DNA from: a virus
Taxonomy: Duplodnaviria > Heunggongvirae > Uroviricota > Caudoviricetes
Reading direction: 5' to 3' (one strand)
Virus record (IMG/VR): IMGVR_UViG_3300027917_000030
DNA length: 27,229 nt
A program made the translations under genes and the position numbers. Position 1 is the first letter of the stretch; each line of letters opens with the position of its first letter. Below are positions 15,796 to 23,540 of the stretch, one piece after another. The notes under the pieces are model-generated. The model saw only the letters and a list, made by a program, of their open reading frames with translations. It made no database searches and was not told the origin of the DNA.

Positions 15796-16034
15796 ATAGT
15801 TAAATGCCTCTTGCGCTTACCTACGAAGAACTCGCTAAAACCAGGAGGAGTTTCTTTCCCATGTTTCCAATTCTTCCTGGCCTGGCTTTTGGACTGGAAG
15901 GCACCAAGAGTAATCAATAAATCAAAAATAGATGTGGTAGTAGAAACTAAAACAACCTCCTCATCTCCAAACAGATCCTCTTTATCCTCTTCTCTGACAT
16001 TTCCATTATCTACAATTACATTCAGAAAGTTCAT
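15777..16034 (-). CDS. Small S4-like (TyrRS C-terminal-like) putative RNA-binding protein
   Basis: IFDLLITLGAFQSKSQARKN resembles the S4 helix pattern l.dlL...gl..Sk.eARr. Confidence 0.6.
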   Translation of the reverse strand: MNFLNVIVDNGNVREEDKEDLFGDEEVVLVSTTTSIFDLLITLGAFQSKSQARKNWKHGKETPPGFSEFFVGKRKRHLTIWNPME

Positions 16035-16378
16035 GTCATTTCATCAACTTTGTTATTTAGTTCTTGTAAGATCTTCGTTTTGCCCTTTAGTAAACAAAAA
16101 TCTAAGGATAGAATTGCCATCATGCCGCTATGTTTTTTACACTCGCTTGACAACTCGCAATCGTCTGTCACTGAAAAGAAACAAAGACAAACGCCATCAC
16201 AGAAGCAAGCGTAGTTTGACAGTCGTACAACCCCATCTTCAACACACCGAATAGAATCCACACACACCTTCTCATGCTCGATGGTTTCGAAATTTGGGTT
16301 TGGGCTACAACCGTCTGGCTCCACAAGATGCGGTGAATTACATCCCACTAATAAAACACAAATAATGACTCTAATCAT
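16031..16378 (-). CDS. Cys-rich putative lipoprotein
   Basis: MIRVIICVLLVG-C lipobox; many further Cys. Confidence 0.7.
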   Translation of the reverse strand: MIRVIICVLLVGCNSPHLVEPDGCSPNPNFETIEHEKVCVDSIRCVEDGVVRLSNYACFCDGVCLCFFSVTDDCELSSECKKHSGMMAILSLDFCLLKGKTKILQELNNKVDEMT

Positions 16379-16757
16379 ATCTGAGATCTTTCTTTATATG
16401 ACCGTCAGCGACTGAGTGTACAACACAATAAATTCCAGCCGTTATCAATAAATCTTTACAGAATTTACATGGCTCTGCGTTACCAAAACTGCCATCAGCC
16501 AACAGCCTAACAACATATATCTGACTGCCCTTTCGTTTGGCTGGATGCACTTTCAACAGAGCGTCCAATTCAGCATGTATTGATCCACCAGAATCATTTG
16601 TATGATGGTTCTTTTGCAACGGGTGGGTCTTGTATTTATTGACGCCCATCGAAATGATTCTGGAACCACGGGCAACGATTGCACCTATCTGAAACCTATG
16701 AGCACTAAGTTCTGCAATCTTTGCGGTAAGTTGTATTAACCTTGCCTCTCTACTCAT
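16371..16757 (-). CDS. Zn-dependent cytidine/dCMP deaminase family protein
   Basis: IGAIVARG..IISMGVN, IHAELDAL, EPCKFC (HAE...PCxxC). Confidence 0.9.
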   Translation of the reverse strand: MSREARLIQLTAKIAELSAHRFQIGAIVARGSRIISMGVNKYKTHPLQKNHHTNDSGGSIHAELDALLKVHPAKRKGSQIYVVRLLADGSFGNAEPCKFCKDLLITAGIYCVVHSVADGHIKKDLRYD

Positions 16758-17119
16758 GACCCATCATTTTGATCCTTCCAATTCAAAAACTCTGCAAAAT
16801 TGCAAGCCAATTCCCATCCAGCATGGGTCGGCACGATTCGAGCAACTGGAGATAAATGATCCTTCTCACAGAAATGAGGATCAAGGAAATCCAATTTCCT
16901 CAGTTGGACGGCGTAGATATCTTTGAAGATCATAATCTTATTTCCTTCATAATTCTTACAGTCAGGATAATTTACCCAGGCAACAAGATATCTTCCAAAA
17001 GATAAGGCTGTTAAAACCTTAAAATTTCTAGGATCTGGATTCGGAAGCCCCTTCTTTCTAAGATCGGAGCAGTTGCAATCGTCGCAACCGCAGCCGCTAC
17101 CAAAAAAATTAAGACCCAT
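16754..17119 (-). CDS. Conserved phage hypothetical protein
   Basis: PNPDP.NF, VNYPDCKNYEGNKI, LDPHFC, SPVARIVPT..GW. Confidence 0.8.
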   Translation of the reverse strand: MGLNFFGSGCGCDDCNCSDLRKKGLPNPDPRNFKVLTALSFGRYLVAWVNYPDCKNYEGNKIMIFKDIYAVQLRKLDFLDPHFCEKDHLSPVARIVPTHAGWELACNFAEFLNWKDQNDGS

Positions 17120-17122
17120 ATA

Positions 17123-17161
17123 TCACCTCCAAGGACCAACTTCTCTCCAAGAATTGTACAT
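17123..17161 (-). CDS. Possible 12-aa micro-ORF (MYNSWREVGPWR)
   Basis: GAGGTG SD 6 nt upstream of ATG; fills the 17120-17171 gap; its end contains the SD of the next gene. Confidence 0.35.
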   Translation of the reverse strand: MYNSWREVGPWR

Positions 17162-17171
17162 TACTTGCACC

Positions 17172-17543
17172 TCATGCTACCACTGGATTATAGAACAGCA
17201 CTTTAATCCTATTCCAGATTTCATTAACCGCTTCTTCTCTCTCCCCAACCTTTCGCAACTTAGCGAGAATTCCACCATGACGCCTGCCAGCATATCTCCC
17301 GTGATATACAAGATTCCCGAATAAAATCTTATGTACGCTGGTTTGAGAAATGCCGAGAATTCTGCCCACATCTTCTTGGGTAAATCCAGCAAGGATCAAA
17401 CCCAGGACCTCTTTTTGTCGCTGCGTAAGATTAAGAGTCCTTGATATGCGCAACATACTTTTCACAAGATCGCTGGTCTCCATGCGGCGGAGTTTGGCCT
17501 GTGGGCTATAAAGAGCTTGCGTTTCCTTAATTCGAGATGTCAT
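17172..17543 (-). CDS. LuxR/sigma-region-4-type helix-turn-helix protein
   Basis: LTQRQKEVLGLILAGFTQEDVGRILGISQTSVHKIL. Confidence 0.85.
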   Translation of the reverse strand: MTSRIKETQALYSPQAKLRRMETSDLVKSMLRISRTLNLTQRQKEVLGLILAGFTQEDVGRILGISQTSVHKILFGNLVYHGRYAGRRHGGILAKLRKVGEREEAVNEIWNRIKVLFYNPVVA

Positions 17544-18129
17544 AGATTTTCACTGTCCTTTTGGGTGATAAGCAACCCATATCTTTATATTCCACGCAAG
17601 AATAGTCGGGTAGTTCTAAAGGTTTACAGCACGGCATCGCAACTATTATCATCCTTTTAGCCTGAACTTTTTCCAGGATGCTGGATAGTTTTACGTGAGC
17701 ATGAACCGCAGTAACTACAGCCGTGGTACAAAAGAAGGGTTCAATATCTTCTACGCAACGATCTATTAGCGTTAATCGTCTGGTTTTAAGAAACCTTGCT
17801 TTCTGTTTTAGCACTGGATCAATTGCATAACAATCCCAGCGCGTTATGTGAGCCAACAGGGCTGCGGTCCTTGGAGCATGACCACACCCAACATCAAAAA
17901 GAGTCCATGTTTTTGCAAAGTTACTTGCTCCTACGTGACGACGCAAAGCGTTAAGTGCCGTCATGGATTCCGTGATCTCTTTGATGTTTGGGAACATCTC
18001 GCTTTCTAAAAGTGTCGGGGCACACTTCAGGCGAATAAATTCATTTAAGTAATGTAGTTGTGGATACTTGAGAGTGATTACAATTTCCTTGCTCGACTCT
18101 TTAACGACACTTAACCGGCGCTCGTCCAT
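17527..18129 (-). CDS. Class I SAM-dependent methyltransferase-like protein
   Basis: LFDVGCG motif I, AIDP motif II, TAVHAH, VAMPCC. Confidence 0.75.
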   Translation of the reverse strand: MDERRLSVVKESSKEIVITLKYPQLHYLNEFIRLKCAPTLLESEMFPNIKEITESMTALNALRRHVGASNFAKTWTLFDVGCGHAPRTAALLAHITRWDCYAIDPVLKQKARFLKTRRLTLIDRCVEDIEPFFCTTAVVTAVHAHVKLSSILEKVQAKRMIIVAMPCCKPLELPDYSCVEYKDMGCLSPKRTVKIYDISN

Positions 18130-18736
18130 TGCTTTTCACATAACCGAATGAAGGGATGGTAACTTTTGGTAGCGGTCTTGCGGCTACTACATCATGAATC
18201 ACAAGACTCTTTCCTCTCATGCCAGTATTCGATGGTCTAATATCCCATAAATAGATATCATTTTCTGCAAGTCTGAGAATAGTATCTCGTGTACTTCTAT
18301 GTTTGGAGAACACAGACCTTACCATGATTTTGTATTCGCACTTTTCAAATAGGTTCATATTTTGCATATGATGATTAAGAGCCCAAGAGTCAAAATCGTT
18401 ACTTCTGGTGGGCCTCAACAACTCCCTAACAATAATAAAGAAATCTCCCTTATCTCTAGCCCAAAGGGATACACTTTTCCTGGATGTCTGAAAGTGTGCC
18501 AGCAGATGCACATTGATGATTCCAGGTAATCTTAGCCCCTGCTCCCTAAGTTGCTGGACCAGGGCTAAAGTCTTTACTTCATCGCCGTGTGTAGTTACCT
18601 TAATAGCAATCTTTGGATCTGTTGTACTAAATACTGCACCATAAGATCCAGAACCCAACCATCTTTTTACCTTATATCCTGTTAAGGATTGGATCAGATC
18701 TTTATTTAGTAGAAACCACCTATTATCGACGCACAT
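18101..18736 (-). CDS. Ser/Thr protein kinase-like (ePK/atypical kinase fold)
   Basis: LGSGSYGAVF Gly loop, IAIK, alphaC Glu (DEVKT), WDIRPSN catalytic loop, LVIHD. Confidence 0.85.
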   Translation of the reverse strand: MCVDNRWFLLNKDLIQSLTGYKVKRWLGSGSYGAVFSTTDPKIAIKVTTHGDEVKTLALVQQLREQGLRLPGIINVHLLAHFQTSRKSVSLWARDKGDFFIIVRELLRPTRSNDFDSWALNHHMQNMNLFEKCEYKIMVRSVFSKHRSTRDTILRLAENDIYLWDIRPSNTGMRGKSLVIHDVVAARPLPKVTIPSFGYVKSNGRAPVKCR

Positions 18737-19004
18737 CCCTTAGATCTCGTCTCTCGAGTTTAGCAAGTAGATTTCTAAACCCTTCCGTTAACTTACGAAC
18801 AACTCTAATAGCCTCTTGCCTCTCGTCTGCATCACTAACGTCATAAGAGAGTCCTAGGCCCTCACCAACTGATCCGACCTCTAAATCTAGGATCTCTGAG
18901 TTTCCACCCATCACCTCATCTTCCACTATACTAGCAGCGAAGTAAAGAATATCGCCTGGCTCACCCGCAAAAAACTGATCATTATAGAGCGTTTTCTTGC
19001 TCAT
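18723..19004 (-). CDS. Hypothetical acidic protein
   Basis: GGAGG SD; tiles. Confidence 0.7.
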   Translation of the reverse strand: MSKKTLYNDQFFAGEPGDILYFAASIVEDEVMGGNSEILDLEVGSVGEGLGLSYDVSDADERQEAIRVVRKLTEGFRNLLAKLERRDLRDVRR

Positions 19005-19273
19005 AGCATTGCCTCCATTACTTCCCTTAAAAAATCCCTAGATGCCTTACTGCGTGCTTCAGATCCATGAAGCGAACAGAGTTCATCCACAATATATCCG
19101 TCCCCATCCGTTTTTCCGGGGCAAACACACCCTTCCTTAATGGCTTCTTCGGTACCAGGAACAGGTCCTGGACCACCGTAAATTGTCCTAAACCTTACGA
19201 TTTCATGACCGCCAACAAAAGGATCAGAACAATAAAGTATTCCATGCTTCTCTGATTTATAGCCCTTGTACAA
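19001..19273 (-). CDS. Hypothetical Zn-binding phage protein
   Basis: PGTEEAIKEGCVCP...CSLHG; TTG start uncertain. Confidence 0.7.
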   Translation of the reverse strand: MYKGYKSEKHGILYCSDPFVGGHEIVRFRTIYGGPGPVPGTEEAIKEGCVCPGKTDGDGYIVDELCSLHGSEARSKASRDFLREVMEAML

Positions 19274-19277
19274 AACT

Positions 19278-19463
19278 TTACTCCTTAAGTGTAAAGGTAA
19301 TTGTGAACAGCATCAGGCACAAAACAAAAAGACAACTTTGCGGGAAAGTAATCGCACTCCACCCCATCACAGGATGGACAGCATAATTCCATCCAAAAAA
19401 TAAAGATAAGGTTTTAATAACATAGGCAATAGTAAGTGTGAATAGGAATTTCCAACCCATCAT
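19278..19463 (-). CDS. Small two-TM membrane protein
   Basis: Hydrophobic throughout; ATGA overlap. Confidence 0.7.
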   Translation of the reverse strand: MMGWKFLFTLTIAYVIKTLSLFFGWNYAVHPVMGWSAITFPQSCLFVLCLMLFTITFTLKE

Positions 19464-19768
19464 TTTCTCCTTAAAAGTTCACAATAGTCAAGCACGCAAG
19501 CCCTTTTACCAAATTTTTTATTACAAAAGCGAATGGCATTTCGTGTAGCAATCTTCTTTTTTGGATGCCATGCGTATGTACCAACCCCAGAACATGTGTA
19601 AGGTTTGGTACATTTTTTAAGTGCTTTGGGTGTAGGGTTTGCCCAACACACATGGTCACCATACGACGGTTTACTCGCAGGCACCGAAAGCAACGGAGCC
19701 CTGCTTCCCAGCATTGTTGTCCCTACAATTACGATTGCAGTAAATGCGATATACAATGAAACCTTCAT
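19460..19768 (-). CDS. Exported Cys-rich protein
   Basis: N-terminal TM/signal; CWA, CTK..TCSG, AIRFC..ACVLDYC. Confidence 0.7.
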   Translation of the reverse strand: MKVSLYIAFTAIVIVGTTMLGSRAPLLSVPASKPSYGDHVCWANPTPKALKKCTKPYTCSGVGTYAWHPKKKIATRNAIRFCNKKFGKRACVLDYCELLRRK

Positions 19769-19774
19769 TTTCCC

Positions 19775-20152
19775 TCACTCGTAGAGTGGTCTACCCTGAG
19801 GCCACTTTTCAGCAAAATGGTTTTCGGTTGCTACTCTTAGTTCGCCGTTAGATAAAACAGAGTAGATCGGTGGTCTTCCCTTGTTTTCCTCTTGACACTT
19901 CTTTTCCATTTCTTCTCTAACTTTAAGCATTTCCTCATAACTATCGCAGAGCCTACTATCCATAGGCTCTCCACAATCATACCACCAACCACCTTCTTCA
20001 GGTCCGCCATAACATCTTTCCACAAGATAAGTGTTTACATAAAAGGGACCAATAGGTTCAATTTCTCCATTACATTCAAAACACTTATCACGAAAAGCAA
20101 CTTCCGATTCTGTAATGCCACAATTTTTACATCTGTAGTTCATTACGCTCAC
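19775..20152 (-). CDS. Conserved phage protein with YGGPEEGGWWY motif and N-terminal Zn ribbon
   Basis: CKNC..CFEC; YLVERCYGGPEEGGWWYDCGEP; ends PQGRPLYE. Confidence 0.8.
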   Translation of the reverse strand: MSVMNYRCKNCGITESEVAFRDKCFECNGEIEPIGPFYVNTYLVERCYGGPEEGGWWYDCGEPMDSRLCDSYEEMLKVREEMEKKCQEENKGRPPIYSVLSNGELRVATENHFAEKWPQGRPLYE

Positions 20153-20262
20153 TTAAGAATCGTCGCAGCACCCAGGATCAACATGGCGCAAACTACAAAA
20201 GCCAGAATGCGCCAAAAAGTAAAATTTACTATCTTCACATCCTTGCGATATTCTTCGTCCAC
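20149..20262 (-). CDS. Small single-TM protein (37 aa)
   Basis: Hand-translated from GTG with strong GAGGAGG SD: MDEEYRKDVKIVNFTFWRILAFVVCAMLILGAATILK; GTGA overlap with the next gene. Confidence 0.7.
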   Translation of the reverse strand: MDEEYRKDVKIVNFTFWRILAFVVCAMLILGAATILK

Positions 20263-20281
20263 TTATCCCTCCTCTTAAAAT

Positions 20282-20331
20282 GACGGGGTTGTTTTTTGTG
20301 TGCGGGTCAACTCGCCGTCTTAAACCCCGCA
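20282..20331 (-). ncRNA. Predicted H-type pseudoknot in intergenic mRNA
   Basis: S1 UGCGGG:CCCGCA, L1 GUUUAA, S2 GACGGCGAGUUG:CAACCCCGUC, L3 CACAAAAAA; pairing by eye. Confidence 0.45.
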
Positions 20332-20344
20332 TGTTAGGAATTAA

Positions 20345-21724
20345 TTAGTACAAACTTTGACACCCTTCTAGATTACTTTGTAGAAAATTCTTATTGTTAT
20401 TTGCATCATCCAAAGCATTCTTCAATCCCTCCTGAACTGTCCTCTCCGTTCCATCCTGTGTAAAGCCATATAAACCCAATGAAGCATTTGCTTCGTCCAT
20501 TACCTCACTTACAGATGCAAACTGCCCGCCCACATAAATAAGAGCATCCCCATCCACAAGCCCGTTAAGAACATTCAACATCATGGCCGCCAGGTGAGAT
20601 GATAACTTATAGGCCATGTTCACAGCCGTGCTACCAAGCAGCCACTCGCGAAACTCTTCATAACTCGCAGGATCAAAGTGACTTCCATCCGCATTCCGCA
20701 GGTTGAGTCCAACCAGCATTGCCAGATCATCGGCACCAAATAGCGCTTGTCCATTTTGATTAGACCAAAAACCTGGCGTATGTCCACCACCGGCACCAAC
20801 ACAAACATTTCCAAAGTTTAGACCAGAAACAGAACTATCATCAGAGACATTAAGAGAATATCGCTTATCCTCCAACACCACCGAAGCATCCCCACTTACG
20901 ACCGTTTGATCTACAACATTCCCCGTCTGAATCCAAGGGAAAACAGGATTCTGCTCATAGAGGCTATAAGTTCCCTCTATAACTTCCAGAGAAAAAGTTC
21001 CATCACTCCCAGTATAAATGGTCTCATCAACTACACCAGATAGAGTTAGCGGCCAAACCAATCCAACCTCACCCACATCATATTGACCGTTTCCGTTCGC
21101 ATCATAATACTTTCTTCCAGAAATCTGAGGAAATTCAGGTGGAACCTTCTTGCCCTTTACTTTCGCAACTCTAAAAGCATCAAACTTACACTCGGAAGAT
21201 TTCGCTGCCCCCACAACACAAACGGCAAGAATATAAACTCCACCGTTATTGCTCGTGTCGCAGTAGGGCATCAACTGGATAATAAACTTTCCGTTAGGAG
21301 ATGTTCCCGTCTTGTGACTGCCTGCATAGTTTACGATCTCGGCGTTCTCAACCTGAAATGTGCGCTCGGTAATACTATCTCCACAACGGAAATGATCTCC
21401 TCGTGTCTTTCCCTTAGTCTCATCGCTCAGATTTCCATCAGCACCTTCCAGGAACCCACCATTTTGGTAACCTGGTACGAGCACCGCGAAATAATACCAC
21501 CCATCAGATACGGAATGAGAAACAGGTCCTCCATTCATATAGACATCGTTTTTGCTTTCGTAATTATTACAGTCAATTCCGTTGGGACCATCATTGCAAC
21601 CGCCTTGCTTCACATCGAAAGTAGTCCAGCCAGCACCAGCGACTACGCCGTATGTGGAAGAAGAAATGTTTGTGTGAGGGGAACAAGAAGCCAAAAGAAA
21701 CAGAACGCCAATCAGAAATCTCAT
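20345..21724 (-). CDS. Lipoprotein with SdrD-B/Cna-B-like domain
   Basis: LFLLAS-C lipobox; ISGRKYYDANGNGQYDVGEVGL...TGSDGTF..GTYSLYE (SdrD-B with EF-hand-like Ca loop); GGHTPGFWSN. Confidence 0.82.
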   Translation of the reverse strand: MRFLIGVLFLLASCSPHTNISSSTYGVVAGAGWTTFDVKQGGCNDGPNGIDCNNYESKNDVYMNGGPVSHSVSDGWYYFAVLVPGYQNGGFLEGADGNLSDETKGKTRGDHFRCGDSITERTFQVENAEIVNYAGSHKTGTSPNGKFIIQLMPYCDTSNNGGVYILAVCVVGAAKSSECKFDAFRVAKVKGKKVPPEFPQISGRKYYDANGNGQYDVGEVGLVWPLTLSGVVDETIYTGSDGTFSLEVIEGTYSLYEQNPVFPWIQTGNVVDQTVVSGDASVVLEDKRYSLNVSDDSSVSGLNFGNVCVGAGGGHTPGFWSNQNGQALFGADDLAMLVGLNLRNADGSHFDPASYEEFREWLLGSTAVNMAYKLSSHLAAMMLNVLNGLVDGDALIYVGGQFASVSEVMDEANASLGLYGFTQDGTERTVQEGLKNALDDANNNKNFLQSNLEGCQSLY

Positions 21725-21736
21725 TTTTCTCTCCTT

Positions 21737-21979
21737 TTAACCTACAATCTGCACATTTTCGCCGCAGTATTCACGAACTACATGCTTCCCTTTGTCGCGA
21801 CCCCAAAAGGGAGCTGCCCATGTACTGTAAGAAAGTTGGGTTTTACGAATTGTATTATTCCCTCCATAGTTCGGATCAGACCAAATATAGTTCCCATGTT
21901 CCGTTTCCAGAAAAAACTCGTGACCAAAACCCCAAGTAAAACTTGCTACCGAATCAAGCGTCAACATCTTCACCCCCAC
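21737..21979 (-). CDS. Conserved phage hypothetical protein
   Basis: FTWGFGHEFFLETEHGNYIWSDPNYGGNNTI; likely start at the internal Met (MLTL). Confidence 0.75.
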   Translation of the reverse strand: MGVKMLTLDSVASFTWGFGHEFFLETEHGNYIWSDPNYGGNNTIRKTQLSYSTWAAPFWGRDKGKHVVREYCGENVQIVG

Positions 21980-22541
21980 TATACTCAGAAAGAAGTTTGT
22001 TTGAGGTATCTCTTATTGCAGCCTCGGCCATTTTCTCCATGAAAATAGCCCCCAATTCTTCTCGATGCTGTTCTGTAAGCCTGGTAAGAGGTGCCCCGTT
22101 ATATACCAAATCAATAAGCCAACTATGACTGTTGGCTCCACTCTGTGCGAGATCTATTAGTTTAACCACCCCTCTATTAAGTTCTAGAGTAACTAAAGGC
22201 TTAAAACCAATAAAGTTTTTATCGTACTTCTCGCTGTGCGATTCGGCTGTAACCCCAGTGACCTCCATATCCTTTATGCTCTCGATAAGTTTACTAACAC
22301 TTGACTTAGGCTCCATGAGCCGACGCTGCTCTGCTTGTTCTAGCAGGTTTGCTTCACTCACAAATTTCTGAAGTTCTTTTAACTCCTTTTCTGATTCCAG
22401 ATACTTGTTCGCCACGGAAGTTAGTTGGCTATCTACCTTCCGACACTTTTTCTGCTCTCGCTTCAATTCCATGCGACCCATTATATCATGTGCCGTTACT
22501 AAAACAAGAGCAACAGATGTAATAAAAAAGAGCGTCAACAT
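21954..22541 (-). CDS. Membrane-anchored coiled-coil protein
   Basis: N-terminal TM then heptad-like charged helix. Confidence 0.75.
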   Translation of the reverse strand: MLTLFFITSVALVLVTAHDIMGRMELKREQKKCRKVDSQLTSVANKYLESEKELKELQKFVSEANLLEQAEQRRLMEPKSSVSKLIESIKDMEVTGVTAESHSEKYDKNFIGFKPLVTLELNRGVVKLIDLAQSGANSHSWLIDLVYNGAPLTRLTEQHREELGAIFMEKMAEAAIRDTSNKLLSEYSGGEDVDA

Positions 22542-22596
22542 TCCTTTTATCCTAAGGTCTCATAAAACATCCTTTGCGCAAAAGATCTTATATGAA

Positions 22597-23265
22597 TCAA
22601 AGATATCCTTTGTCATACCCATCCTCAATAAGCCGAACTGCACCATTCGGTGGGTTAGGCTCCTTCTCAAACCACTCTGGCGTGAGATGACACCACATCA
22701 TCACGAAAGCGCGTAATGTAACACCATGACAAACAACAACAATGTTATTGATACCATGGCGATCCCGATCGCGGTGAAAAGTGCCGAAAGATTGGTGGAC
22801 TCTTGTGGCAACATCGAAGCGTGACTCTCCTAGAGGCATACGCGCCCAAAATCTACCACCGAACTTTTCACACTTATCATAATAAGCGTGCTCTTGGGGA
22901 AATACTTTCGGAAGTTCGCTCGTAGGTATGCCATCAAACAATCCAAACTGTTGTTCGCAGAGAAGGATATGTTCCTTTCTATCTCTTATCAAATTTCCGA
23001 CTGTCTGCTGAATTTCGTCAGCCGTCTCTCTTGTGCGCCTATATGGGCTAACCCATAGGCGTAGGGAAATTCTTCCTCGTTCCATTCCCATTATTAGTAC
23101 ACGTTTATTGATTGCACTAATGTTTTCAGAAATTACCTTTCCTGCCTGGCGCGCCTGCTCCTTGCCCTTTTCTGATAGACCAATAGCATGATCTGCTTTA
23201 ACTTTATGGACACTGCGATCGACGTTCGATTCCGACTCGCCGTGCCTTACAAGAAAAATTCTCAT
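22597..23265 (-). CDS. Histidine phosphatase (phosphoglycerate mutase family)
   Basis: LVRHGES, VSPYRRTRETA, LCEQQFG, PLGES, VVCHG. Confidence 0.93.
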   Translation of the reverse strand: MRIFLVRHGESESNVDRSVHKVKADHAIGLSEKGKEQARQAGKVISENISAINKRVLIMGMERGRISLRLWVSPYRRTRETADEIQQTVGNLIRDRKEHILLCEQQFGLFDGIPTSELPKVFPQEHAYYDKCEKFGGRFWARMPLGESRFDVATRVHQSFGTFHRDRDRHGINNIVVVCHGVTLRAFVMMWCHLTPEWFEKEPNPPNGAVRLIEDGYDKGYL

Positions 23266-23528
23266 CTCTTTTCGGGCGGCTCGTATCCTACGGGCTCGTA
23301 AAGAGAAAACCCAAAGAAATAAATCGGAGCAACAATTGTTTCAACGAGAAGAATTCCCCAGATCACATTACCAACAATTACACGATACCGCACATCTTTA
23401 CACTTATAGTCGTCCTTATTGACCAACCCATAAGTATCACAATATTTGCCATTAATGGTCTTGGCATTCCCACAGCCAACCAGACTAAGGAACGCAATGA
23501 TCATAAGAATTGATAGTACTTTCTTCAT
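23262..23528 (-). CDS. Putative lipoprotein with C-terminal hydrophobic hairpin
   Basis: FLSLVG-C lipobox; GNVIWGILLVETIVAPIYFFG. Confidence 0.8.
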   Translation of the reverse strand: MKKVLSILMIIAFLSLVGCGNAKTINGKYCDTYGLVNKDDYKCKDVRYRVIVGNVIWGILLVETIVAPIYFFGFSLYEPVGYEPPEKR

Positions 23529-23540
23529 TTCAGTTTCCTT

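Noticed and set aside
20282-20331. preQ1-I or guanidine-III riboswitch identity for the pseudoknot
   Set aside because: The A-rich tail is similar, but loop size and conserved ligand-binding nucleotides do not match, and the downstream gene is unrelated to queuosine or guanidine; kept as an unnamed structure.
20156-20347. Stop-codon readthrough of the SdrD-B gene stimulated by the downstream pseudoknot (frame stays open for about 60 codons)
   Set aside because: TAA is a poor readthrough codon, the extension looks non-protein-like, and it overlaps a better ORF (20149-20262) with a strong SD.
21083-22042. 319-aa plus-strand ORF and all other plus-strand ORFs in the track
   Set aside because: They lie antisense to well-supported minus-strand genes that tile the window, lack SDs or motifs, and have atypical composition; treated as shadow ORFs.
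22573-22582. TTTGCGCAAA palindrome in a 55-nt intergenic gap
   Set aside because: Short, single occurrence, with no convincing promoter or U-tract nearby; could be chance.
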